Origin: the human T2T-CHM13v2.0 reference genome, Homo sapiens
Length of the DNA stretch: 64,000 bases
Assembly (NCBI RefSeq): GCF_009914755.1
Contig: NC_060930.1
Reading direction: 5' to 3' (one strand)
The notes below the pieces were generated by a model, which worked only from the letters and a program-made list of their open reading frames with translations, was not told the origin of the DNA and did not search any database. Each line of letters begins with the position of its first letter. Within the stretch, counting starts at the first letter, position 1. The position numbers and the translations under genes are program-made. Below, piece after piece: positions 50,901 to 64,000 of this stretch.

Positions 50901-53900
50901 TGAAACACCCTTCTTGTAGTAGCTGCAAGTGGATATTTGGACCTATTGGAGGCCTTCTTTGGAAATGGGATTTCTTCATGTAACTCTAGATTGAAGAGTT
51001 CTCAGAAACTCCTTTGTGATGTGTGCATTCAATTCAAAGAGTGAAACCTCCCTTTTCACAGAGCAGTTTTGAAACACTGTTTTTGTAGGATTTCCAAGGG
51101 GATATTTATAGCGCATTGAGCCTACGGCGGAAAAAGAAACATCTTCCTATAAAAACTAGACAGAATACTTCTCAGAATCTGCTTTGCGATGTGTGCGTTC
51201 AACTCACAGAGTAAAACTTTTCTTTTGATAGAGCAGTTTTGAAACACTCTTTTTGTAGTATTTGCATGTGTATATTTAGAGCGCATTGAAGCCCACAGTA
51301 GAAAAGGAAATAACTTCACCTAAAACCTAGACAGAAGCAATCACAGAAACTACTTTGTGATGTGTACATTCAACTCACAGAGTGGAACTTTCCTCTTTAT
51401 AGAGCAGTGTTGAAACACTCTTTTTGTAGAAACTGCAAGTGGATATTTGGACCTCTTTGAGGCCTTCGTTGGAAACGGGATTTCTTCCTATAACCCTAGA
51501 CAGAAGAATTTTCAGAAACCTCATTGTGATGTGTGCGTTCATCTCACAGAGTGGAGTCTTCCGTTTGATAGAGAAGTTTTGAAACCCTGTTCTTGTAGGA
51601 TTTCCAAGTGGATATTTAGACCACTTTGAAGCCTATGATAGAAAAGGAAACATCTTCATGGAAAACATAGATAGAATCATCCTCAGAAACAACTTTGTGA
51701 TGTGTGCGTTGAACTCACCGTCTTTAACCTTTCTTTTGGTAGAGAAGTTTTGAAACACTCTCTTTGTAAAGTCTACAAGTGGATATTTTGAGCCCTTGGA
51801 GGCATTCTTTGGAAAAGGGAATGTCTTCACATAAAAGGCAGACGGAAGTGTTCTCAGAAACTGCTTTGTGATGTCTGTGTTCAACTCACAGAGTTTAACA
51901 TTTCCTTTGATAGAGCGGTTTAGTAACCCTCTCTTTGTAGAATTTGGAAGTGTATACTAAGAGCGCTTTGAGGCCTATGGTAGAAAAGGAAATATCTTTC
52001 CATAAAAGCTAGACAGAAGCAATCTCAGAAACTCCTCTGTGATGTCTGCATTCAACTCACCGAGTGGAACATTCCTCTTGAGAGAGCAGTTTGGAAACAC
52101 TCTTTCTGTAGAATCAGCTTGTTTGTATTTGGACCTCCTTGAGGCCTTCGTTGGAAACGGGTTTTCATCTTATAAACCCAGACAGAAGAATTCTCAGAGT
52201 CTTCTTTGTGATGTGTGCTTTCAACTCACCGAGATAAAGATTTCTCTTGATAGAGCAATTTGGAAACACTCTTTTTGTAGAATTTGCAAGGGTACATTGA
52301 GAGCGCTTTCAGGCCTATGGTAGAAAAGGGAATATCTTTCCATAAAAGGTAGACAGAAGCAATCTCAGAAACTACTTTGTGATGTGTGCATTCAACTCAC
52401 CGAGTGCAACGTTCCTCTTGACCGAGCAGTTTGGAAACATTGTTTCTGTAGAATCTGCAAGTGGATATTTGGACCTCTTTGAGGCCTTCGTTGGAAACGG
52501 GATTTCTTCCTATAAACCCAGACAGAAGAATTCTCAGAGACTTCTTTGTGATGTGTGAATTCAACTCACAGTGTGGATCCTTCCTTTTGATAGAGCAGTT
52601 TTGAAACCCTGTTTTTGTAGTATTTCCAAGCGGATATTTGGAACGCCTTGAAGCGTATGGTAGAAAAGGAAATATCTTCCCATAAAACCTAGACAGAACC
52701 AATCTCAGAAACGACTTTGTGATGTCTGCATTCAAGTCACAGAGTTGAACATTTCTCTTGATAGAGCAGTTTTGAAACCCTCTTTCTGAAGGATCTGCAA
52801 GTGGATATTTGGAACTCCTTTGGGTCTTCGTTGGAAACGGGATTTCTTCGTATAAATCTAGACAGAAGAATTCTCCGAAACTTCTTTGGTTGTGTGCATT
52901 CAAGTCACAGAGTGGAACCTTCCTTTGGATAGAGCAGTTTGAAACGCCGTGGTTGTAGTATTTCCAAGCGGATATTAGAGCGCCTTGAGGCCTATGGTAG
53001 AAAAGGAAATATCTTCCCATAAAACCTAGACGGAAGCAATCTCAGAAACTACTGTGTGATGGCTGCATTCCACACACACGGTGGAACATTTCTCTTGATA
53101 GAGCAGTTTTGAAACACTCTTTCTGTAGAATCTGCAAGTGGATAATTGGACCGCCTTGAGGCCTTCGTTGGAAACGGGATTTCTTCATGTTACTCTAGAT
53201 AGAAGAATTCTCAAACACTGCTATGTGATGTTTGCATTCAAGTCACAGAGTGCAACATTCCTCTTGGTAGAGCAGTTGGGAAACACTCCTTTTGTAGAAT
53301 CTGCAATGGGATATTTGGACTTCTTTGAGGCCTTCGTTGGAAACGGGATTTCTTCGTATGAATCTAGACAGAAGAATTCTCAGAAACTTCCTTGTGATGT
53401 GTGCATTCAACTCAGCGAGTGGCACCTTCCTTTGGATACAGCAGTTTTGAAACACTGTTTTTGTAGTATTTCCAAGCGGATATTTAGAGCGCCTTGAAGC
53501 CTATGCTAGAAATGGAAATATCTCCCCATAAAACCAAGACAGAAGCAATCTCAGAAACTAATGTGTGATGGCTGCATTCCACACACACGGTGGACCATTT
53601 CTCTTGATAGAGCAGTTTTGAAACACTCTTTCTGTAGAATCTGCAAGTGGATAATTGGACCTCCTAGAGGCCTTCGTTGGAAACGGGATTTCTTCATCTA
53701 AACCTACAGAGAAGAATTCTCAGTAACTTCTTCGGATGTGTGCATTCGACTCACAGAATGGAACATTCCCTTTGATAGAGCAGTTTTGAGACACCGTTTT
53801 TGTAGAATTCCCAAGTGGATATTTAGAGCACTTTGAAGTCTCTGCTAGAAAAGGAAACATCTTCATGTAAAAAGTAGATAGAATCGTTCTCAGAAAGTGC

Positions 53901-54056
53901 TTAGTGACGTGTGCGTTCAACTCACAGAGTTTAACGTTTCTTTTGATAGAGCGTTTCTGAAACACCCTTCTTGTAGTAGCTGCAAGTGGATATTTGGACC
54001 TATTGGAGGCCTTCTTTGGAAATGGGATTTCTTCATGTAACTCTAGATTGAAGAGT
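47943..54056 (+). repeat. Two adjacent 18-mer HOR copies (starts 47943, 51000)
   Basis: Marker spacings 48065 to 51122 to 54179 are each 3,057. Confidence 0.95.
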
Positions 54057-57000
54057 TCTCAGAAACTCCTTTGTGATGTGTGCATTCAATTCAAAGAGTG
54101 AAACCTCCCTTTTCACAGAGCAGTTTTGAAACACTGTTTTTGTAGGATTTCCAAGGGGATATTTATAGCGCATTGAGCCTACGACGGAAAAAGAAACATC
54201 TTCCTATAAAAACTAGACAGAATACTTCTCAGAATCTGCTTTGCGATGTGTGCGTTCAACTCACAGAGTAAAACTTTTCTTTTGATAGAGCAGTTTTGAA
54301 ACACTCTTTTTGTAGTATTTGCATGTGTATATTTAGAGCGCATTGAAGCCCACAGTAGAAAAGGAAGTAACTTCACCTAAAACCTAGACAGAAGCAATCT
54401 CAGAAACTACTTTGTGATGTGTACATTCAACTCACAGAGTGGAACTTTCCTCTTTATAGAGCAGTGTTGAAACACTCTTTTTGTAGAAACTGCAAGTGGA
54501 TATTTGGACCTCTTTGAGGCCTTCGTTGGAAACGGGATTTCTTCCTATAACCCTAGACAGAAGAATTTTCAGAAACCTCATTGTGATGTGTGCGTTCATC
54601 TCACAGAGTGGAGTCTTCCGTTTGATAGAGAAGTTTTGAAACCCTGTTCTTGTAGGATTTCCAAGTGGATATTTAGACCACTTTGAAGCCTATGATAGAA
54701 AAGGAAACATCTTCATGGAAAACATAGATAGAATCATCCTCAGAAACAACTTTGTGATGTGTGCGTTGAACTCACCGTCTTTAACCTTTCTTTTGGTAGA
54801 GAAGTTTTGAAACACTCTCTTTGTAAAGTCTACAAGTGGATATTTTGAGCCCTTGGAGGCATTCTTTGGAAAAGGGAATGTCTTCACATAAAAGGCAGAC
54901 GGAAGTGTTCTCAGAAACTGCTTTGTGATGTCTGTGTTCAACTCACAGAGTTTAACATTTCCTTTGATAGAGCGGTTTAGTAACCCTCTCTTTGTAGAAT
55001 TTGGAAGTGTATACTAAGAGCGCTTTGAGGCCTATGGTAGAAAAGGAAATATCTTTCCATAAAAGCTAGACAGAAGCAATCTCAGAAACTCCTCTGTGAT
55101 GTCTGCATTCAACTCACCGAGTGGAACATTCCTCTTGAGAGAGCAGTTTGGAAACACTCTTTCTGTAGAATCAGCTTGTTTGTATTTGGACCTCCTTGAG
55201 GCCTTCGTTGGAAACGGGTTTTCATCTTATAAACCCAGACAGAAGAATTCTCAGAGTCTTCTTTGTGATGTGTGCTTTCAACTCACCGAGATAAAGATTT
55301 CTCTTGATAGAGCAATTTGGAAACACTCTTTTTGTAGAATTTGCAAGGGTACATTGAGAGCGCTTTCAGGCCTATGGTAGAAAAGGGAATATCTTTCCAT
55401 AAAAGGTAGACAGAAGCAATCTCAGAAACTACTTTGTGATGTGTGCATTCAACTCACCGAGTGCAACGTTCCTCTTGACCGAGCAGTTTGGAAACATTGT
55501 TTCTGTAGAATCTGCAAGTGGATATTTGGACCTCTTTGAGGCCTTCGTTGGAAACGGGATTTCTTCCTATAAACCCAGACAGAAGAATTCTCAGAGACTT
55601 CTTTGTGATGTGTGAATTCAACTCACAGTGTGGATCCTTCCTTTTGATAGAGCAGTTTTGAAACCCTGTTTTTGTAGTATTTCCAAGCGGATATTTGGAA
55701 CGCCTTGAAGCGTATGGTAGAAAAGGAAATATCTTCCCATAAAACCTAGACAGAACCAATCTCAGAAACGACTTTGTGATGTCTGCATTCAAGTCACAGA
55801 GTTGAACATTTCTCTTGATAGAGCAGTTTTGAAACCCTCTTTCTGAAGGATCTGCAAGTGGATATTTGGAACTCCTTTGGGTCTTCGTTGGAAACGGGAT
55901 TTCTTCGTATAAATCTAGACAGAAGAATTCTCAGAAACTTCCTTGTGATGTGTGCATTCAACTCAGCGAGTGGCACCTTCCTTTGGATACAGCAGTTTTG
56001 AAACACTGTTTTTGTAGTATTTCCAAGCGGATATTTAGAGCGCCTTGAAGCCTATGCTAGAAATGGAAATATCTCCCCATAAAACCAAGACGGAAGCAAT
56101 CTCAGAAACTAATGTGTGATGGCTGCATTCCACACACACGGTGGACCATTTCTCTTGATAGAGCAGTTTTGAAACACTCTTTCTGTAGAATCTGCAAGTG
56201 GATAATTGGACCTCCTAGAGGCCTTCGTTGGAAACGGGATTTCTTCATCTAAACCTACAGAGAAGTATTCTCAGTAACTTCTTCGGATGTGTGCATTCGA
56301 CGCACAGAATGGAACATTCCCTTTGATAGAGCAGTTTTGAGACACCGTTTTTGTAGAATTCCCAAGTGGATATTTAGAGCACTTTGAAGTCTCTGCTAGA
56401 AAAGGAAACATCTTCATGTAAAAAGTAGATAGAATCGTTCTCAGAAAGTGCTTAGTGTCGTGTGCGTTCAACTCACAGAGTTTAACGTTTCTTTTGATAG
56501 AGCGTTTCTGAAACACCCTTCTTGTAGTAGCTGCAAGTGGATATTTGGACCTATTGGAGGCCTTCTTTGGAAATGGGATTTCTTCATGTAACTCTAGATT
56601 GAAGAATTCTCAGAAACTCCTTTGTGATGTGTGCATTCAATTCAAAGAGTGAAACCTCTCTTTTCACAGAGCAGTTTTGAAACACTGTTTTTGTAGGATT
56701 TCCAAGGGGATATTTATAGCGCATTGAGCCTACGGCGGAAAAAGAAACATCTTCCTATAAAAACTAGACAGAATACTTCTCAGAATCTGCTTTGCGATGT
56801 GTGCGTTCAACTCACAGAGTAAAACTTTTCTTTTGATAGAGCAGTTTTGAAACACTCTTTTTGTAGTATTTGCATGTGTATATTTAGAGCGCATTGAAGC
56901 CCACAGTAGAAAAGGAAATAACTTCACCTAAAACCTAGACAGAAGCAATCTCAGAAACTACTTTGTGATGTGTACATTCAACTCACAGAGTGGAACTTTC

Positions 57001-60000
57001 CTCTTTATAGAGCAGTGTTGAAACACTCTTTTTGTAGAAACTGCAAGTGGATATTTGGACCTCTTTGAGGCCTTCGTTGGAAACGGGATTTCTTCCTATA
57101 ACCCTAGACAGAAGAATTTTCAGAAACCTCATTGTGATGTGTGCGTTCATCTCACAGAGTGGAGTCTTCCGTTTGATAGAGAAGTTTTGAAACCCTGTTC
57201 TTGTAGGATTTCCAAGTGGATATTTAGACCACTTTGAAGCCTATGATAGAAAAGGAAACATCTTCATGGAAAACATAGATAGAATCATCCTCAGAAACAA
57301 CTTTGTGATGTGTGCGTTGAACTCACCGTCTTTAACCTTTCTTTTGGTAGAGAAGTTTTGAAACACTCTCTTTGTAAAGTCTACAAGTGGATATTTTGAG
57401 CCCTTGGAGGCATTCTTTGGAAAAGGGAATGTCTTCACATAAAAGGCAGACGGAAGTGTTCTCAGAAACTGCTTTGTGATGTCTGTGTTCAACTCACAGA
57501 GTTTAACATTTCCTTTGATAGAGCGGTTTAGTAACCCTCTCTTTGTAGAATTTGGAAGTGTATACTAAGAGCGCTTTGAGGCCTATGGTAGAAAAGGAAA
57601 TATCTTTCCATAAAAGCTAGACAGAAGCAATCTCAGAAACTCCTCTGTGATGTCTGCATTCAACTCACCGAGTGGAACATTCCTCTTGATAGAGCAGTTT
57701 GGAAACACTCTTTCTGTAGAATCAGCTTGTTTGTATTTGGACCTCCTTGAGGCCTTCGTTGGAAACGGGTTTTCATCTTATAAACCCAGACAGAAGAATT
57801 CTCAGAGTCTTCTTTGTGATGTGTGCTTTCAACTCACCGAGATAAAGATTTCTCTTGATAGAGCAATTTGGAAACACTCTTTTTGTAGAATTTGCAAGGG
57901 TACATTGAGAGCGCTTTCAGGCCTATGGTAGAAAAGGGAATATCTTTCCATAAAAGGTAGACAGAAGCAATCTCAGAAACTACTTTGTGATGTGTGCATT
58001 CAACTCACCGAGTGCAACGTTCCTCTTGACCGAGCAGTTTGGAAACATTGTTTCTGTAGAATCTGCAAGTGGATATTTGGACCTCTTTGAGGCCTTCGTT
58101 GGAAACGGGATTTCTTCCTATAAACCCAGACAGAAGAATTCTCAGAGACTTCTTTGTGATGTGTGAATTCAACTCACAGTGTGGATCCTTCCTTTTGATA
58201 GAGCAGTTTTGAAACCCTGTTTTTGTAGTATTTCCAAGCGGATATTTGGAACGCCTTGAAGCGTATGGTAGAAAAGGAAATATCTTCCCATAAAACCTAG
58301 ACAGAACCAATCTCAGAAACGACTTTGTGATGTCTGCATTCAAGTCACAGAGTTGAACATTTCTCTTGATAGAGCAGTTTTGAAACCCTCTTTCTGAAGG
58401 ATCTGCAAGTGGATATTTGGAACTCCTTTGGGTCTTCGTTGGAAACGGGATTTCTTCGTATAAATCTAGACAGAAGAATTCTCAGAAACTTCCTTGTGAT
58501 GAGTGCATTCAACTCAGCGAGTGGCACCTTCCTTTGGATACAGCAGTTTTGAAACACTGTTTTTGTAGTATTTCCAAGCGGATATTTAGAGCGCCTTGAA
58601 GCCTATGCTAGAAATGGAAATATCTCCCCATAAAACCAAGACGGAAGCAATCTCAGAAACTAATGTGTGATGGCTGCATTCCACACACACGGTGGACCAT
58701 TTCTCTTGATAGAGCAGTTTTGAAACACTCTTTCTGTAGAATCTGCAAGTGGATAATTGGACCTCCTAGAGGCCTTCGTTGGAAACGGGATTTCTTCATC
58801 TAAACCTACAGAGAAGTATTCTCAGTAACTTCTTCGGATGTGTGCATTCGACGCACAGAATGGAACATTCCCTTTGATAGAGCAGTTTTGAGACACCGTT
58901 TTTGTAGAATTCCCAAGTGGATATTTAGAGCACTTTGAAGTCTCTGCTAGAAAAGGAAACATCTTCATGTAAAAAGTAGATAGAATCGTTCTCAGAAAGT
59001 GCTTAGTGTCGTGTGCGTTCAACTCACAGAGTTTAACGTTTCTTTTGATAGAGCGTTTCTGAAACACCCTTCTTGTAGTAGCTGCAAGTGGATATTTGGA
59101 CCTATTGGAGGCCTTCTTTGGAAATGGGATTTCTTCATGTAACTCTAGATTGAAGAATTCTCAGAAACTCCTTTGTGATGTGTGCATTCAATTCAAAGAG
59201 TGAAACCTCTCTTTTCACAGAGCAGTTTTGAAACACTGTTTTTGTAGGATTTCCAAGGGGATATTTATAGCGCATTGAGCCTACGGCGGAAAAAGAAACA
59301 TCTTCCTATAAAAACTAGACAGAATACTTCTCAGAATCTGCTTTGCGATGTGTGCGTTCAACTCACAGAGTAAAACTTTTCTTTTGATAGAGCAGTTTTG
59401 AAACACTCTTTTTGTAGTATTTGCATGTGTATATTTAGAGCGCATTGAAGCCCACAGTAGAAAAGGAAATAACTTCACCTAAAACCTAGACAGAAGCAAT
59501 CTCAGAAACTACTTTGTGATGTGTACATTCAACTCACAGAGTGGAACTTTCCTCTTTATAGAGCAGTGTTGAAACACTCTTTTTGTAGAAACTGCAAGTG
59601 GATATTTGGACCTCTTTGAGGCCTTCGTTGGAAACGGGATTTCTTCCTATAACCCTAGACAGAAGAATTTTCAGAAACCTCATTGTGATGTGTGCGTTCA
59701 TCTCACAGAGTGGAGTCTTCCGTTTGATAGAGAAGTTTTGAAACCCTGTTCTTGTAGGATTTCCAAGTGGATATTTAGACCACTTTGAAGCCTATGATAG
59801 AAAAGGAAACATCTTCATGGAAAACATAGATAGAATCATCCTCAGAAACAACTTTGTGATGTGTGCGTTGAACTCACCGTCTTTAACCTTTCTTTTGGTA
59901 GAGAAGTTTTGAAACACTCTCTTTGTAAAGTCTACAAGTGGATATTTTGAGCCCTTGGAGGCATTCTTTGGAAAAGGGAATGTCTTCACATAAAAGGCAG

Positions 60001-61709
60001 ACGGAAGTGTTCTCAGAAACTGCTTTGTGATGTCTGTGTTCAACTCACAGAGTTTAACATTTCCTTTGATAGAGCGGTTTAGTAACCCTCTCTTTGTAGA
60101 ATTTGGAAGTGTATACTAAGAGCGCTTTGAGGCCTATGGTAGAAAAGGAAATATCTTTCCATAAAAGCTAGACAGAAGCAATCTCAGAAACTCCTCTGTG
60201 ATGTCTGCATTCAACTCACCGAGTGGAACATTCCTCTTGAGAGAGCAGTTTGGAAACACTCTTTCTGTAGAATCAGCTTGTTTGTATTTGGACCTCCTTG
60301 AGGCCTTCGTTGGAAACGGGTTTTCATCTTATAAACCCAGACAGAAGAATTCTCAGAGTCTTCTTTGTGATGTGTGCTTTCAACTCACCGAGATAAAGAT
60401 TTCTCTTGATAGAGCAATTTGGAAACACTCTTTTTGTAGAATTTGCAAGGGTACATTGAGAGCGCTTTCAGGCCTATGGTAGAAAAGGGAATATCTTTCC
60501 ATAAAAGGTAGACAGAAGCAATCTCAGAAACTACTTTGTGATGTGTGCATTCAACTCACCGAGTGCAACGTTCCTCTTGACCGAGCAGTTTGGAAACATT
60601 GTTTCTGTAGAATCTGCAAGTGGATATTGGGACCTCTTTGAGGCCTTCGTTGGAAACGGGATTTCTTCCTATAAACCCAGACAGAAGAATTCTCAGAGAC
60701 TTCTTTGTGATGTGTGAATTCAACTCACAGTGTGGATCCTTCCTTTTGATAGAGCAGTTTTGAAACCCTGTTTTTGTAGTATTTCCAAGCGGATATTTGG
60801 AACGCCTTGAAGCGTATGGTAGAAAAGGAAATATCTTCCCATAAAACCTAGACAGAACCAATCTCAGAAACGACTTTGTGATGTCTGCATTCAAGTCACA
60901 GAGTTGAACATTTCTCTTGATAGAGCAGTTTTGAAACCCTCTTTCTGAAGGATCTGCAAGTGGATATTTGGAACTCCTTTGGGTCTTCGTTGGAAACGGG
61001 ATTTCTTCGTATAAATCTAGACAGAAGAATTCTCAGAAACTTCCTTGTGATGTGTGCATTCAACTCAGCGAGTGGCACCTTCCTTTGGATACAGCAGTTT
61101 TGAAACACTGTTTTTGTAGTATTTCCAAGCGGATATTTAGAGCGCCTTGAAGCCTATGCTAGAAATGGAAATATCTCCCCATAAAACCAAGACGGAAGCA
61201 ATCTCAGAAACTAATGTGTGATGGCTGCATTCCACACACACGGTGGACCATTTCTCTTGATAGAGCAGTTTTGAAACACTCTTTCTGTAGAATCTGCAAG
61301 TGGATAATTGGACCTCCTAGAGGCCTTCGTTGGAAACGGGATTTCTTCATCTAAACCTACAGAGAAGTATTCTCAGTAACTTCTTCGGATGTGTGCATTC
61401 GACGCACAGAATGGAACATTCCCTTTGATAGAGCAGTTTTGAGACACCGTTTTTGTAGAATTCCCAAGTGGATATTTAGAGCACTTTGAAGTCTCTGCTA
61501 GAAAAGGAAACATCTTCATGTAAAAAGTAGATAGAATCGTTCTCAGAAAGTGCTTAGTGTCGTGTGCGTTCAACTCACAGAGTTTAACGTTTCTTTTGAT
61601 AGAGCGTTTCTGAAACACCCTTCTTGTAGTAGCTGCAAGTGGATATTTGGACCTATTGGAGGCCTTCTTTGGAAATGGGATTTCTTCATGTAACTCTAGA
61701 TTGAAGAAT
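54057..61709 (+). repeat. Three 15-mer HOR copies (starts 54057, 56608, 59159)
   Basis: Marker spacing of 2,551 bp. Confidence 0.95.
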
Positions 61710-64000
61710 TCTCAGAAACTCCTTTGTGATGTGTGCATTCAATTCAAAGAGTGAAACCTCTCTTTTCACAGAGCAGTTTTGAAACACTGTTTTTGTAGGA
61801 TTTCCAAGGGGATATTTATAGCGCATTGAGCCTACGGCGGAAAAAGAAACATCTTCCTATAAAAACTAGACAGAATACTTCTCAGAATCTGCTTTGCGAT
61901 GTGTGCGTTCAACTCACAGAGTAAAACTTTTCTTTTGATAGAGCAGTTTTGAAACACTCTTTTTGTAGTATTTGCATGTGTATATTTAGAGCGCATTGAA
62001 GCCCACAGTAGAAAAGGAAATAACTTCACCTAAAACCTAGACAGAAGCAATCTCAGAAACTACTTTGTGATGTGTACATTCAACTCACAGAGTGGAACTT
62101 TCCTCTTTATAGAGCAGTGTTGAAACACTCTTTTTGTAGAAACTGCAAGTGGATATTTGGACCTCTTTGAGGCCTTCGTTGGAAACGGGATTTCTTCCTA
62201 TAACCCTAGACAGAAGAATTTTCAGAAACCTCATTGTGATGTGTGCGTTCATCTCACAGAGTGGAGTCTTCCGTTTGATAGAGAAGTTTTGAAACCCTGT
62301 TCTTGTAGGATTTCCAAGTGGATATTTAGACCACTTTGAAGCCTATGATAGAAAAGGAAACATCTTCATGGAAAACATAGATAGAATCATCCTCAGAAAC
62401 AACTTTGTGATGTGTGCGTTGAACTCACCGTCTTTAACCTTTCTTTTGGTAGAGAAGTTTTGAAACACTCTCTTTGTAAAGTCTACAAGTGGATATTTTG
62501 AGCCCTTGGAGGCATTCTTTGGAAAAGGGAATGTCTTCACATAAAAGGCAGACGGAAGTGTTCTCAGAAACTGCTTTGTGATGTCTGTGTTCAACTCACA
62601 GAGTTTAACATTTCCTTTGATAGAGCGGTTTAGTAACCCTCTCTTTGTAGAATTTGGAAGTGTATACTAAGAGCGCTTTGAGGCCTATGGTAGAAAAGGA
62701 AATATCTTTCCATAAAAGCTAGACAGAAGCAATCTCAGAAACTCCTCTGTGATGTCTGCATTCAACTCACCGAGTGGAACATTCCTCTTGAGAGAGCAGT
62801 TTGGAAACACTCTTTCTGTAGAATCAGCTTGTTTGTATTTGGACCTCCTTGAGGCCTTCGTTGGAAACGGGTTTTCATCTTATAAACCCAGACAGAAGAA
62901 TTCTCAGAGTCTTCTTTGTGATGTGTGCTTTCAACTCACCGAGATAAAGATTTCTCTTGATAGAGCAATTTGGAAACACTCTTTTTGTAGAATTTGCAAG
63001 GGTACATTGAGAGCGCTTTCAGGCCTATGGTAGAAAAGGGAATATCTTTCCATAAAAGGTAGACAGAAGCAATCTCAGAAACTACTTTGTGATGTGTGCA
63101 TTCAACTCACCGAGTGCAACGTTCCTCTTGACCGAGCAGTTTGGAAACATTGTTTCTGTAGAATCTGCAAGTGGATATTTGGACCTCTTTGAGGCCTTCG
63201 TTGGAAACGGGATTTCTTCCTATAAACCCAGACAGAAGAATTCTCAGAGACTTCTTTGTGATGTGTGAATTCAACTCACAGTGTGGATCCTTCCTTTTGA
63301 TAGAGCAGTTTTGAAACCCTGTTTTTGTAGTATTTCCAAGCGGATATTTGGAACGCCTTGAAGCGTATGGTAGAAAAGGAAATATCTTCCCATAAAACCT
63401 AGACAGAACCAATCTCAGAAACGACTTTGTGATGTCTGCATTCAAGTCACAGAGTTGAACATTTCTCTTGATAGAGCAGTTTTGAAACCCTCTTTCTGAA
63501 GGATCTGCAAGTGGATATTTGGAACTCCTTTGGGTCTTCGTTGGAAACGGGATTTCTTCGTATAAATCTAGACAGAAGAATTCTCCGAAACTTCTTTGGT
63601 TGTGTGCATTCAAGTCACAGAGTGGAACCTTCCTTTGGATACAGCAGTTTTGAAACACTGTTTTTGTAGTATTTCCAAGCGGATATTTAGAGCGCCTTGA
63701 AGCCTATGCTAGAAATGGAAATATCTCCCCATAAAACCAAGACGGAAGCAATCTCAGAAACTAATGTGTGATGGCTGCATTCCACACACACGGTGGACCA
63801 TTTCTCTTGATAGAGCAGTTTTGAAACACTCTTTCTGTAGAATCTGCAAGTGGATAATTGGACCTCCTAGAGGCCTTCGTTGGAAACGGGATTTCTTCAT
63901 CTAAACCTACAGAGAAGTATTCTCAGTAACTTCTTCGGATGTGTGCATTCGACGCACAGAATGGAACATTCCCTTTGATAGAGCAGTTTTGAGACACCGT
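61710..64000 (+). repeat. Partial HOR copy: variant 15-mer with an alternative junction
   Basis: Carries the start of the 18-mer-specific monomer (TTCTCCGAAACTTCTTTGGTTGTG), then continues directly into ACAGCAGTTTTGAAACACTG. The downstream register is 1 bp shorter than in the usual 15-mer. Confidence 0.9.

Larger units (their letters stand above)
1..64000 (+). repeat. Centromeric alpha-satellite HOR array, probably human chr6 D6Z1
   Basis: ~170-bp monomers with alphoid motifs (TTCTCAGAAACT..TGTGATGTGTGCATTCAACTCACAGAG, GATAGAGCAGTTTTGAAAC, CENP-B box CTTCGTTGGAAACGGGA). ORF-track markers recur at exact 2,551- or 3,057-bp intervals. One GGATCC (BamHI) per unit, e.g. 1576-1581. The D6Z1 assignment rests on recalled unit size (18-mer, ~3-kb BamHI repeat) and is less certain than the alphoid call. 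Confidence 0.97.

Noticed and set aside
4445-60629. Isolated singleton SNPs (e.g. 4445, about 6409, 49841, 54184, about 60629)
   Set aside because: Ordinary HOR divergence or sequencing error, with no shared pattern.
1-61709. The 15/18 order as a deliberate code or strict periodicity
   Set aside because: Gaps between 18-mers (5, 3, 2, 1, 0 units) look patterned, but shared SNPs show that block duplication explains part of the order, and the sample is too small to support more.
123-63658. About 175 short ORFs (60-207 aa) recurring on both strands
   Set aside because: They are chance open frames in satellite DNA, and many begin at non-ATG codons. They resemble each other only through monomer similarity, show no recognisable domain, and repeat because the HOR repeats.
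1-64000. Inversions, L1/Alu insertions or other non-satellite inserts
   Set aside because: The unit lengths sum exactly (17 x 2,551 + 6 x 3,057 = 61,709), all boxes read on the + strand, and I saw no poly-A tails or foreign sequence.

Overview
The whole 64-kb window is an uninterrupted, single-orientation array of primate (human-type) centromeric alpha satellite. It is built from ~170-bp monomers grouped into near-identical higher-order repeats (HORs). I found no supportable genes, RNA genes, transposons or CRISPR arrays; the ORF track simply recurs with the repeat. Taking position 1 as the arbitrary unit start, there are 23 complete HOR copies plus one partial copy: 17 copies of a 2,551-bp 15-mer and 6 copies of a 3,057-bp 18-mer. 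Their order is 15,15,15,18,15,15,15,15,15,18,15,15,15,18,15,15,18,15,18,18,15,15,15, then a partial variant 15-mer. A ~3.06-kb 18-mer with one BamHI site and dense CENP-B boxes best matches the chromosome 6 array D6Z1; this is recognition from recalled knowledge, not a database result. I found no new gene system. The notable signals are structural: a 506-bp deletion with a mappable breakpoint, a second 15-mer with a different junction, a 10,710-bp super-HOR duplication, SNP haplotypes linked to HOR type, recombinant units, an apparent conversion tract, and one point-mutated CENP-B box.
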